A stretch of DNA of 63,856 nt, filler included, from Octopus bimaculoides (lineage: Eukaryota): assembly GCF_001194135.2 (NCBI RefSeq). It is 7 parts of 7 records of this genome, joined end to end, with 100 filler letters (N's around TTAATTAATTAA, not from the genome) between each part and the next. Parts side by side here need not be neighbours in the genome. Positions count along the whole stretch, not along the records: positions 37,542 to 47,455 come from NC_068996.1; positions 47,556 to 61,965 come from NC_068981.1; 5 more parts are not named here. One strand, written 5' to 3'. The notes beneath the pieces were generated by a model. That model made no database searches. It saw only the letters and a list, made by a program, of their open reading frames with translations, and had not been told where the DNA came from. The number at the start of each line of letters is the position of its first letter. Position 1 is the first letter of the stretch. Below are positions 38,634 to 50,800 of the stretch, one piece after another. Position numbers and translations under genes: made by a program.

Positions 38634-39435
38634 ACTTTAAATAGAGCTGAAAATTGATCCGTTGAAAATACTTTATTGCAACAACAATAACAATAATAAC
38701 AAATAAATAGACCTATGTACATTTGGAGTTTTTTGCTAAGATTGTTAACAGATACTATATTTTTTACCAAATTTTTGGGTTAAAAAAATATATATTTAAT
38801 ATGTATATATATATATATATATCGGTAGAATAAGTATCAAACTTAATGAAGAATACTGTATCAGATTCGTTCGACTAAAAATTCTTCAAGGCAGTGCCCT
38901 AACATGGCAGCAGTTTAATGACTGAAACAAGTAAAACATAAAAGATACAATTCTACAAATATACAGCTTCCTTGTTTTCATCACACAAAGAAACAAAACA
39001 GGGGTGACTGGTTGCTTATCGACCTAGTAAGCAGAAATGCAAAAATCGATTTTTCTTGCTGATGTTCATACTTAAAATGATGGTTAAAAATGGATATTGT
39101 ATACTCCCAGTGTTCATCACTATATTAAGGGTTAAATGGATTGTCAGTTGTAGGTTCCGATTCAATTTTTTGTAATGAATTTGGATTACAGAGTTCTCCC
39201 CGTTGTCTTTCTGTTTCAAAATTAGTTATTAAACCTAAGGTAGTTTTCTCTAGTACCCACGAGCAAGATTATAAATTGATAAGAGCAGGTAGTGGTTCAT
39301 CGCAATAAGTATTTTAATCTCAGTGTAACTACATATTTTCGAGCAGCAAATGCATGTGTGTGAGTGTATCTGTCTGTGTATGTATGTATCTGTGTATGTA
39401 TGCGGGCATGTATGTGTGTGATTATATATATATAT

Positions 39436-39489
<54 letters not shown>

Positions 39490-39494
39490 TTGCT

Positions 39495-39832
39495 GAGACC
39501 CCCTTCGGACATGACTGACCATGGGATTGCATCTAGAAAGTTACCCTCCCAAGCACAAGTCCGGGCAAGGTTGTTTTATGGAAGACCAGCAGTCGCCTAA
39601 TGCATACCGGCCTCCTCTCTCCACGGCACCAGTGTTATCCAAGAGAAAGGCAAAGGTCGATACAGCTTTGCACCTGTGACGTCGCAACTCATTTCTACAG
39701 CTAAGTGAACTGGAGTAACGTGAAATAAAGTGTCATGCTCAAGAACACGACACGCAGCCCGATCCGAGATTTGAACTCACAACCTCACGATCGTAAGCTC
39801 GACGCTCTAACTACTGAGCTATGCGCCTTCAC
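39495..39832 (-). mobile_element. SINE with family D core and a different 3' tail
   Basis: Reverse complement: A-box TAGCTCAGTAGTTAGAGC, B-box GAGTTCAAATCTC, core GTGTTCTTGAGCATGACACTTTATTTCACGTTACTCCAG. The tail does not match 43092. Confidence 0.8.
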
Positions 39833-40602
39833 ACGTATATATATNNNNNNNNNNNNNNNNNNNNNNNNNNNNNNNNNNNNNNNNNNNNNNNNNNNNNNNN
39901 NNNNNNNNNNNNNNNNNNNNNNNNNNNNNNNNNNNNNNNNNNNNNNNNNNNNNNNNNNNNNNNNNNNNNNNNNNNNNNNNNNNNNNNNNNNNNNNNNNNN
40001 NNNNNNNNNNNNNNNNNNNNNNNNNNNNNNNNNNNNNNNNNNNNNNNNNNNNNNNNNNNNNNNNNNNNNNNNNNNNNNNNNNNNNNNNNNNNNNNNNNNN
40101 NNNNNNNNNNNNNNNNNNNNNNNNNNNNNNNNNNNNNNNNNNNNNNNNNNNNNNNNNNNNNNNNNNNNNNNNNNNNNNNNNNNNNNNNNNNNNNNNNNNN
40201 NNNNNNNNNNNNNNNNNNNNNNNNNNNNNNNNNNNNNNNNNNNNNNNNNNNNNNNNNNNNNNNNNNNNNNNNNNNNNNNNNNNNNNNNNNNNNNNNNNNN
40301 NNNNNNNNNNNNNNNNNNNNNNNNNNNNNNNNNNNNNNNNNNNNNNNNNNNNNNNNNNNNNNNNNNNNNNNNNNNNNNNNNNNNNNNNNNNNNNNNNNNN
40401 NNNNNNNNNNNNNNNNNNNNNNNNNNNNNNNNNNNNNNNNNNNNNNNNNNNNNNNNNNNNNNNNNNNNNNNNNNNNNNNNNNNNNNNNNNNNNNNNNNNN
40501 NNNNNNNNNNNNNNNNNNNNNNNNNNNNNNNNNNNNNNNNNNNNNNNNNNNNNNNNNNNNNNNNNNNNNNNNNNNNNNNNNNNNNNNNNNNNNNNNNNNN
40601 AC

Positions 40603-40635
<33 letters not shown>

Positions 40636-40704
40636 TGTATGTATATACATATATATATATATATGTACATATATGTATATATAACCAACGCAGTGGTTGT
40701 ACTA

Positions 40705-41270
40705 GCAAGTAGTTTTTGCACGCTAGAGGCTTGTAGGGCTCCACTCCCTGCTCGCGATATCTCGGATGCAGGTGCACGTCGTTAATTATCTAGAGATGTC
40801 CAATCCGGGTAAAAACAATCGCTGTAAAGTCCGTTAGAACGGAACGGCCATATTGAAGTGGTTACAAACATTACTTGTTAATACTACTATTGCGGTCAAC
40901 TCTTAGAGAGATTTTAGAACTAGCTTTTTTGCTTGTTGTATCACTTGAATTTATATACATTGCTAGCAGAACCGAGCTACTGTCATCTCTAGCAGATGAA
41001 GTGTCCAGTACTGAAGTGATGTAGAAATAGCCCAAAACCAGACTGGTATGTTGGTTCCCTCGCTAGAAGGTAGTAGGGGTTCGTTCCCCTGCTTGCAATA
41101 TATCGGATGCAGATATGCGTCATTAACCAGCTAGTGGAAATGTCCTCTCGAGGTTAAAAAATTTAAAGTCCGTTCAAACGGACAGGCATGTTGGAGTGTC
41201 TATAAACATTATACGCTAGTACTACTACTGTGTTCATCTCTTAGAGAGATTTTAGACCTATGTTTTTGCG
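40705..41270 (+). repeat. Diverged direct duplication, period ~340 bp
   Basis: Collinear anchors CGCTAGA (40721/41061), TCGGATGCAG (40762/41103), AAAGTCCGTT (40826/41165), CTCTTAGAGAGATTTTAGA (40900/41238). Confidence 0.8.
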
Positions 41271-41297
41271 CTAGTTGCAAAATCAGCAACTGTGTCA

Positions 41298-41334
<37 letters not shown>

Positions 41335-41345
41335 TAATTTCATAC

Positions 41346-41720
41346 ATAATTTACTGACAGAAGTAACTTCATAAATTTTGCTTCAATCTGTACACTTCGT
41401 TGAATTTGACTACAAATTTCTTATTTACTTTTGCAAAGTTCTGTGCTTTTCTTTTATGTTTTTGACGGAATTGCCAATACAAGTAAGATTATAATTTACT
41501 GACAGAAGTAACTTCAAAAATTTCATTTAAATCCCTACACTTAGTTAATTGCCTTAAAATTTTCTCATTTACTTTTGCAACGGTTTTGTGCTTTCCTGTC
41601 GTAAACGGCTTTTTTCTGGTTCCTTCGATACTGTCTGTTTGGTTCACAAAGTGACAAATTTCGCTTCAATACGTACAATTCTTTATTTTCGGTAAAACTT
41701 TCTCGTTTACTTTCTGCCAG
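41346..41720 (+). repeat. Diverged tandem repeat, period ~145 bp, 2-3 units
   Basis: ATAATTTACTGACAGAAGTAACTTCA identical at 41346 and 41491; downstream TTTACTTTTGCAA anchors. Confidence 0.75.
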
Positions 41721-41808
41721 TCATATTAAAAAATATAATTTCGTTACTCAGTTATTTTCATTGTTTACTATCTTCTGCATCCATGTATTTCTGCATACGT
41801 ATATAACC

Positions 41809-42210
41809 ATGCCTAGAACGAAAGTATCAAATTCGTCTACAATGTCAAGGTAAGCCAAAAGAATGTCTTTGTCCAAGGAAAGCATACCAAAAAACGAACA
41901 GATTGTGTACTACAAAAACCAGAGCATCTCAAAGTGATGAACAGAGGTATGAACAGCTGACAGGGAATAGGATCTCCATTGCAGAACGAAGAGCAGTTGC
42001 AACAACTCAGAGAAGCAACTTCTCTGAAGCAGCTTTCAATTATGATCCAACAGGACTGAACCCGTAACCAATACATACACTTAAGTAACGACATCTCCCA
42101 CAGAAAAAAACTAACAAAAATTTACTTGAATGAGTTCACTTCGCGGATGACCAAATGGACAGATTTTTATGAAGCTGCACCGAGAATGTTGTATCGTTGT
42201 GTTTGACACA
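41809..42210 (+). mobile_element. Helitron Rep/helicase 5' coding relic
   Basis: MPRTKVSN...RASQSDEQRYEQLTGNRISIAERRA...NFSEAAFNYDPT...EAAPRM(L) resembles Helitron N-termini (RASETxEQRxxRL...AAFxYDP...ExxGMCC); stops and frameshifts present. Confidence 0.6.
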
Positions 42211-43091
42211 GTGAGTAGTCGCTACAGCGGAAACACGTGTAGATCGTTATAATATGAAGTATATAATTATAAAATGAATTTTGTGGATGTATAACTGTCC
42301 ATACGTTATTATTATTATTATTATTCATATTAATATATATATATATACCCACGCATTACATTATATATGATATTCACCAGTTTATTTTTCCTAATTCCTC
42401 TGCTTGTTTTCCTTTGCAGATGCAAACCAGCACTAGAGACAGATTTCATAATTTCTACGTAACATCAATATATATGTATATTCATACTTACATATGTAAA
42501 TGTAGTTTACAAGCTTGCTTAATTAGAGTGGACTGTTTAAGAAATGAAAGGAATCATATGAGCAGCCGAGTACATTTGTTTAATTTAACAGTATTGACTG
42601 GAAAAATCAGTTTAGTATTTCAGTTAAATGCGGCTGGCCGTCTCTAAATCAGTTCGGATAAAAACCAAGACTGCTCTGGTAAAATCTACAAACGAATTTT
42701 GTGAGCTTTAAATGTGTTTTATATTGACGAGAAATATTATTGTTTTCGTTGTTATTTAATTCCAGGACAGCCCTAAAGTAGCGGATCTATAATCAGAGTT
42801 GTTAGAGACACCACTATTCCGTCTTCTTTTTTATTATTTTTTTTACCTCTTATTTCGTTTTAGGGTTGAAAATATTTCATATTTCATATTTATTAAAGTC
42901 GAGGTATGATAAGAGAGAAAGAGAAAGAAAGAAAGAGAAAGAGAGAGCAAGAGGGGGAGGGAGAGAGAGGGACTGAACTATTGTTTCTCGAGATGTTGGG
43001 TAATCGCTTACAGGCTCTACTGTGAATAATTATAATGTGAATTTTGATCGTGAAGGTCATATATTTTATTTTAGTAAATGGTCAAAAGGTT

Positions 43092-43340
43092 GAGGCGCGT
43101 GGCTTAGTGGTTAGGATGTCAGTACCATGATCGTAATATTGTGGTTTCTATTCCTGGATCGGGCGACGCGCTGTGTTCTTGAGCAAAACACTTCATTTCA
43201 CATTACTCCAGTCTACTCAGTTGGCAAAAATGAGTAACGTTGCGATGTACTGGCGTCCCGTCCATCTAGGAAACACATACGCCATTGAAACCGGGAAACC
43301 GGGCTCATGAGTCTGGCTAGGCTTTGAAAGGGCGCGTTTA
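43092..43340 (+). mobile_element. tRNA-derived SINE family D (MetaSINE/V-like core), full length
   Basis: A-box TGGCTTAGTGGTTAGG, B-box GGTTTCTATTCC, core TGTGTTCTTGAGCAAAACACTTCATTTCAC; near-identical inverted copy at 62581-62831. Confidence 0.85.
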
Positions 43341-43349
43341 ATTTTTTTT

Positions 43350-44200
43350 AATGGCCAAAAGTACAAAAAGAGCATGAAGAAGCGTTACACAACAAGAGAT
43401 CACACAATAAATTCCAATATCCACAGATGAAGTTGCTGGAAAACATAGGAGCGATTGGCTGAACAAAGGAACGCCGATAAAAGAGCACTGCACTGGCAGT
43501 GCAAGACCGAGATTTGGCCTCGAATTGGAGTGTCACCCTTAAGAATGAGCAAGTGTCTCCACTGTACCGCATATGTAACAGAGTGGACGAATGCCCTAGG
43601 TTTTACCAAAACCACTACCTGTTTTGGCGACACGATGAGGTGTCGAAAGTGCTACATTGGAAACTGTATAAAAAGTGGGGGCTAGAGAGAAGCAAGACGT
43701 GGTATAAGCACAAACCGCAGAGAGTGGTGTTATCGAAGACCAGCAAAATCCTTTGGCATTTTTCAATCCAAACAGATGTTAGAACATAACAGACGGGAAC
43801 TACTGGTGGTCGACAAGATGCACTACATGCGTTATATAGTTGATGTTGTGCGCCCTTTTGATCCACGAATAGTGAAGAAAGAAGGCGAAAAAAAGAGATA
43901 TATGCAATCGTTTTAAGTATGAAATAACCCGGCTATGGAAATGAAGAAGGTGAAGACAGTGCCAATTATTGTTGGATCCTTGGGGACAGTATCAAAAGGC
44001 ATCAAGAGGAGCATAAGGCAAATCGGAATAGAGTGTCAGAAGAACTGTTACAAAAGCCTTGCTTTCTCGGCACGGCACGAATAATCAGAAAAATACTAAA
44101 TGGTTGGAAAAAAAAAACAGGTACCATGATACCGTAGGATGTAATCAGCAAGCCCGCTACGTATGCAAGACTCCAGCAGTTACAACAAATATGACATAAA
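43350..44200 (+). mobile_element. Decayed R4/Dong 3' region (zinc knuckle, RLE, 3'UTR)
   Basis: RHDEVSKVLHWKLYKKWGLERSKTWYKHKP...KILWHFSIQTD...DPRIVKKE...VPIIVGSLGTVSK...ELLQKPCFLGTARIIRKIL. Confidence 0.85.
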
Positions 44201-44206
44201 CTTTTA

Positions 44207-44343
44207 CCCCAGTATTTATCGACCTCGGAAGGTTGAAAGGCTAAGCCGACCTCGGTGGAATTTGAACTCAGAAACGTAAAGACGGACGAAATACCGCTAA
44301 ACATTTTGCCCAGCGTGCTAACGATCCTGCCAGCTCACCGCCT
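44207..44343 (-). mobile_element. SINE family B, head and core
   Basis: Reverse complement AAGGCGGTGAGCTGGCAGGATCGTTAGCACGC...GAGGTCGGCTTAGCCTTTCAACC; the head abuts (AAC)n(TAA)n. Confidence 0.8.
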
Positions 44344-44361
44344 TATAACAACAACAACAAC

Positions 44362-44430
<69 letters not shown>

Positions 44431-45000
44431 CGTATCCACTTTAACATGGCTGTCCGTTCGAGCGGACTCTGTTGCGATTTTTTAACCCCAAGAGGACATC
44501 GTCTCTAGCTGGTTAACGGTTCACAGCTGCATCCGATACCGGTTGGTAGTAACCTAAAACATACCTCATTTGTGAGTGAAAATGCAAAGCAAAGTAAATG
44601 ACCATAATAGTGTGAACGGGACTGGAGCTAATGGTGAAGGTGCCGCACTTGGCAGGTGCCCCACTGTGCAGCAGGGTAGCCCGGTCGTAATCCATCGACT
44701 GTTAGCCATGTTACAAGACATAAGTGGAGTAAACAAGTAAACATGATGGTTATGAAGTGTTAAGTGTTACTACCGGAACACCTCAGTGGAAGAATCAACA
44801 CTCAGCTACCAACATGGCTGAAAAAGATAGGTGCAAGTGTGAAGGTAGAACACCTACAAAAATCAGCATTGGTTGGAACTGCAAGAATTCTTTAAAGGGT
44901 TCTTGAAGCATGACCAGTAAAACAAGTGTCACCTTAGTCTGCTGGCTGTGGACAGCGGACACTTCGCATCATACCCCGCAAAATAAGCTGTGTGTTTGGC
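44431..45000 (+). mobile_element. Internally deleted R4/Dong element (5'UTR + N-terminus joined to C-terminus + 3'UTR)
   Basis: Starts right after (TAA)n. ATG 44582...TRHKWSKQVNMMVMKC(Y)YR (N-terminal motif) is joined near 44780 to INTQLPTWLKKIGASVKVEHLQKSALVGTARIL*RVLEA* (stop 44911-44913). Confidence 0.7.
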
Positions 45001-45426
45001 TGGCTGCCGACAATTTTTTGTGCTTTTAAGAAGAAAAAGGGATTTTATCCTTTATATCTATACTGTTCAGTATCTATGCGTTGAATAAAATTTATCTTTC
45101 TACTTGTTCAATAATAATAATATTAATAATACTTTCTACTACAGGCACAAGGCCTGAAATTTGGGGGGGGGGAGGGNNNNNNNNNNNNNNNNNNNNNNNN
45201 NNNNNNNNNNNNNNNNNNNNNNNNNNNNNNNNNNNNNNNNNNNNNNNNNNNNNNNNNNNNNNNNNNNNNNNNNNNNNNNNNNNNNNNNNNNNNNNNNNNN
45301 NNNNNNNNNNNNNNNNNNNNNNNNNNNNNNNNNNNNNNNNNNNNNNNNNNNNNNNNNNNNNNNNNNNNNNNNNNNNNNNNNNNNNNNNNNNNNNNNNNNN
45401 NNNNNNNNNNNNNNNNNNNNNNNNNN

Positions 45427-45508
45427 ACACACACGTGCACACACACGTGCACACACACGTGCACACACACGTGCACACACACGTGCACACACACGTGCAC
45501 ACACACAC
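45427..45508. repeat. 12-bp minisatellite (ACACACACGTGC)n
   Basis: About 6 units next to an N gap. Confidence 0.85.
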
Positions 45509-45719
45509 ATATATATACGTGGACTTGGATGCTATAACCGTTGCCATCATTCTAGTAAAAGAAACGATACAAATAAAAACAAACAAATAAAATGTAAAAA
45601 AAGTACTGCGCTATGTCAAAGCGAATAAAAAAAGAATGTCCGAAACAAAAAAGCATGGGATATCACTAAGTTAGTGAGTCTGTCACTATGGAAATTGACA
45701 ACGATTCATTGAACAAATC

Positions 45720-46190
45720 AAACAGTATGGAATGACTCCATTCCGAGAGCTCTGTAAAAATTTATAAAAAGACAATTCTGGAGATAGACAACAAAAGAAT
45801 CAGCAATTATGGGATTGTTGTTCAAAATAGCGGACACACTGTCTGGACAATCGGTTGAAGCCATAATTACTCTAGAAATAATAATGTAGCTTCGAACGAT
45901 AAAAGAATAAAATGAAAGTCTCCGGGAAATAACAATATTCCAAGCTTTAACGCTAAAATATCTAATAGAGACACATAATGAATTTGCAGAGATATTTAGT
46001 ATGACAATGCAGAAACCAAAAATCATACCTGGCTATCTCATTGAACGTCATTTTAATACCTCAAACTAAAAATGATCATCGCAGTATCTAAAGATTCTAT
46101 CAGCTCCATAACTTGCAGTATTACCGCTGAAAGTGCCTTAAATACTATAATACTGCATAAGTTAAATAACCATCTAAAACTGCAAACAAA
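45720..46190 (+). mobile_element. Heavily decayed R4/Dong RT N-terminal fragment
   Basis: KSPGNNNIP...WLxxG...LIPQTK...ITC-like remnants of KSPGxDxI...PxWLxxGxTxLIPK...RPITC across frameshifts. Confidence 0.5.
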
Positions 46191-46588
46191 AAGGAAATAT
46201 ATATATATACTGTTTCCAGAAGAGTAATAACTAATATGACTGTAGTGTAAAATAGCTAAAATTTGCAGATTGAAAGTTTTACATACATGTATATATGTAT
46301 GTATATATATATNNNNNNNNNNNNNNNNNNNNNNNNNNNNNNNNNNNNNNNNNNNNNNNNNNNNNNNNNNNNNNNNNNNNNNNNNNNNNNNNNNNNNNNN
46401 NNNNNNNNNNNNNNNNNNNNNNNNNNNNNNNNNNNNNNNNNNNNNNNNNNNNNNNNNNNNNNNNNNNNNNNNNNNNNNNNNNNNNNNNNNNNNNNNNNNN
46501 NNNNNNNNNNNNNNNNNNNNNNNNNNNNNNNNNNNNNNNNNNNNNNNNNNNNNNNNNNNNNNNNNNNNNNNNNNNNNNNNNNNNNNNN

Positions 46589-46631
<43 letters not shown>

Positions 46632-46740
46632 TTGAGAGAGAGAGAGAGAGACAGACAGACACACAGATAGATAAATAGATAGATAGATAGAGAGAGAGAT
46701 ATGATGGATACAGACACATACGTAACCAGAGAAATAGAGT

Positions 46741-46782
<42 letters not shown>

Positions 46783-47455
46783 TAGAGAGAGAAAGACAGA
46801 GAGTGAGTGAGAGCAGAGAAATAGATTCATGGACTAGGTAGTTAGATATGTAGGTAGGTATGTAGCTTGGTAGGAAGATAGGTGGATAGTCAGGTGCGTA
46901 CACAAGTCGGCAAGTAGCTTGCTCGGTAGATAGGTAGCTAAATGTTGACAGACAGGTAGGTAAGTAGTTAGATACATATGTAATTAGCTCGTATTTGCAT
47001 CGAACGTATAGAAAGGTGAGAGTGCAGCACACGGATTTATCATAACGGTAGCTGCAGCAGCAAAAGTATCAGCAGCAGCAGCAGCAGCAGCAGCAGTAGC
47101 TGTAGCAGCAACGACAGCAGTAGCAGAAAATCAGCAGTTATGATCAATACGACAACACAGTAATCATCGAAAGCAAAGAAAATGACAACAGCACTAACAA
47201 TAGCGGCAACAGCAAGCAACAAATACAGCAGTAGCGGCAGCAGCAGCACAACCACGAGTACCACTTACTGATAGTGTTTGCTGACTGTAGATTCTCGTTT
47301 TTGACTAATATCTTAGATGCACAGGGCAATATAACAACAGATTAAAATTTTAAAAAAATTTTAAAAAAGCTTGGATATGCTGGAGGTTTTCAAGAGAGAA
47401 ACACAGCAAATTGATTCGCATACTTCAAATTTGGTTTACTAGTGGTACTGTGAAG

Positions 47456-47555
47456 NNNNNNNNNNNNNNNNNNNNNNNNNNNNNNNNNNNNNNNNNNNNT
47501 TAATTAATTAANNNNNNNNNNNNNNNNNNNNNNNNNNNNNNNNNNNNNNNNNNNN
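47456..47555. other. Artificial assembly join
   Basis: TTAATTAATTAA at 47500-47511, 44 N each side. Confidence 0.95.
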
Positions 47556-47712
47556 TATATATATTTAATGGTGGTTCCACAATGTACCAATATTTACTGG
47601 AAATGGCAGTCGGTAATGTACGACGCTCTGTAAGCCATATATCTTTTTTGTTGACAATATATATAGTGGCAAAGATGAGTGTAAGCAGTGAAGATAAGAA
47701 ATTTCATCTTAC

Positions 47713-47820
47713 CTGTGGTAACTTTAACAACGTTGTAATTGAAGTTAGGTATGAAAAACGTAGGTCTTCCATGGAAGTTCTTCTCATATAATGACCTGGT
47801 TGATGAAGCTAGTAAAACCT
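47713..47820 (-). CDS. Candidate orphan symmetric (phase 1-1) exon
   Basis: ttgcacttcag|AG GTT...ACC ACA G|gtaaga; 108 nt, open: VLLASSTRSLYEKNFHGRPTFFIPNFNYNVVKVTT. No partner exon found. Confidence 0.3.
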
Positions 47821-50800
47821 CTGAAGTGCAACCGATTGTAATATTTGGGGGTTTTTTTAGTGTACGTAATGCAATGTAAAAGAGTGGGGTGCTGTGTAAG
47901 CCATATGTTTTTTGTATTACGGATAACTTACATGTTATGGTTGTACTGGTGGTGTTTGCAACAAATATGTTGTAGTATATTAATATTCCTGTTATCGTTT
48001 AAGAAATATATTCTCAGTTTGGGTAAAATATGTTTCACGACGGTTTGGAATTTACACAAGAAAAGCATTCCGATGTAATAAAATACAGCTTCCACGTTGA
48101 AAAAAATAAAAAAAGCTTTTGAGGATTCAGCTCTGACTTTTCGACGCGAAGTAGTTTTACAAAGATGGTTTTTCTCATATCGTTATTTAGCAACGGCAAA
48201 AAATGCATGACTCTTCTCTTTCAGAAAATAAACTCTTGATAAATTGTGAGATAGATACTAGGAAAGAAAAGAATCACCTTTGCTTTGTATAGAAATTCCT
48301 GAGTAAATGATGAATTCTATTGCCTTCTATAAAAGCCATTTTACTCAAGAGATTCGTTATCCTCAGATAAGAGTATTGGTTACTCAAATTTGAAAATTAT
48401 GATTAAACGATACGAAATGAAAGGATCCTTGAGTACATATTTTTCATTTAATCATACCCTACGTCTTGCTCAAGAACCAACCATTTGGCATAATTCGTAC
48501 GTTTATGTCTTTCCCTCTGCTTTGTGATCACTCAGTACCATACATCTATGCCTATCCCTCAGGAATATATAGAAAGAGAGGAGTCAAAAATCTATTTTAT
48601 GAGTAACTTAAAACGTTGTTTTGAATATAGACTAGTACTTCATGAGAATATCAAAGCAGGACTTAGTGAAATGTATGAAATATGAGATAATTTAATATAA
48701 CACGGGAGATAACAATGAAATCTAGACTCAATTTGAATACAATTTCTATAAATGAGTTTCATTCTTTGAAACATTTTAAAAACAAAGCAATTCACAAAAG
48801 CTATTTTGATACACTGGCAGTACAAGTAGTAGCAAATGATTGATAAGTTTCCTAATAGAGAAAACGATGTTAATAATAACATTAATATCAACATTTTTAG
48901 AAGCACATTATTTGACAGAAAACATATTACTGCAAACCTCCGCTCTACAATGTCATGAAATTAGGTGCAAAATTAGAAAGCAGAATGTTGAACCCTGAAA
49001 TGAGATTGATGTTGCAAAACTAAAGAAAAACAATTGTCAGATACGAATTAGAATTATTGCCTGACAGGTCTATGTACATTTATGTCCCTCTCCAGCGTAG
49101 TGAAATTATAGGGTAGAATTATTCTTCATATGATCATTCATTACGCTAGAATATCACCTCCTCTCGAGACTCAATCTGGATTTCACACCGAGCAAAGGAA
49201 CAAGGGACGTGACAAGTAATTTTCCGCTCGTCAGCTGCTAGTGAAAGGCATTAAGCTATTTTGGTGTATATCATTGACCCAGTGATTTCATTAAGTCCTT
49301 TCATTCAGCAAATTCCTTGAACTGTTAAATTTCCAAATATTATGAAGTCTAATCATTATAATATAGGAGGTTACATTTTATTTAGTAAAAGGCGCTGAGA
49401 ATGCTGGTGAAATGTAATATGACACACCACCTTATATTTTAATTGCCATATTCTCCACAGTATTTCAGTGGGATAATTTTGAGTATTTATATAGGCAATT
49501 TATCCAACGTCTGACTGCTTAATTCTAAGCCACTCAAATTTTGAATCTCACAAGTGATATCTTCTGCAATGATGAGGTGGTTATCGTTGCACACAATGAA
49601 ACGTATACCCAAGCTCAAAAAGCTCAAGATTCCATTGGTGTATAACATGTTTAAACTTTTAATAAAAAATATTCAAACCCTTATTCTTTAACGCCTCTTC
49701 ACTGAAAATCTATTGTCGGTTTAAAACTATTTGTAAACGTATAAGGCTAAACTACTCTTCCCCTCGTGTTATATATGGATGCAAAATTTCAGAATTATAT
49801 TAGAAATTGAATACATTCAGCAGGATAATATAATCCTCACTATAGATTCTAACATATATAAGAAATGGTTGCTAACTATTTTCATGGAGCATACCTTATT
49901 AATTTTCCTAGTGATCTATGGCGATGGAACATGAATATTTTATTCAAAATGTATAAAAATGGGAAAGACTATTTTCAGTAAAAGTATATTCGATGAATAT
50001 ATGCGTGTATTTATGAGAGGATAAAAGAGCTATAGTCAGTGCCTTTTTGGAAGGAAATAGGAGCTCATATGCTTCCTTGCATTGTAACAAACTGAAGTGA
50101 ACCAGTCATGTTTTTATAAGGAAAATAAAAGTATTGAAATGCCTCTACAATATCGTGAGCTATTTTCTTCTAACAAAATCATTAACAAAGATTGTTTTCC
50201 GAAACAAGGTAATATGCAAACGTGTGATTGATAAAAAATTGCAACTCATAAGTAATAGTAAAGAAGTCATTACCAGAGTGGAAAGGAACACTTACTCAAG
50301 GGATATAGCGGATGCCGCCATGAAGAAGATATACACACACATACTGGAGCAAAAGATACGTAAAAAATTAAATTTTAAAAAAGTGCACCCTCACTCGAAA
50401 TAGTTGATGAAGTCAAAAATAAGTTGACCACAATATGTTGTCTACGACAACGGCCCAATTATACAATATAAACGTAAGCATGGAAGAAAACTAAAGGATT
50501 CCCTATATTTTCTAAGCGACCAGAATCGGGATAAAGGTTTGTTGCCTAAATTCCGCGTCTCGTAAGATAACGGGTACGGTCAGACCATTGAAAAAAAGGG
50601 ATCTAAGTACTAGAACATTTTACATATTTTTGAAAGTAGAAGGGACGGACAATATAGCTATACCCAATCGAGGTTCGCTGCTGAGTGTTTCATGCCAAGG
50701 TATTGAGATTTACTATTCTCAGTAGCATAGAATGAAAAAGTGAAATGAATACATGCGCATGATGACTGACAGCCAAGTAAGATCATGCAGCGATTTGATG

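Noticed and set aside
49300-49620. Possible mariner HDN/PYSP remnants
   Set aside because: The candidate motifs fall on opposite strands and are too degenerate to support.
50660-50800. Possible ancient RT (IPNRGSLLS...HAHDD)
   Set aside because: Two weak motif echoes in different frames; not supportable without a profile search.
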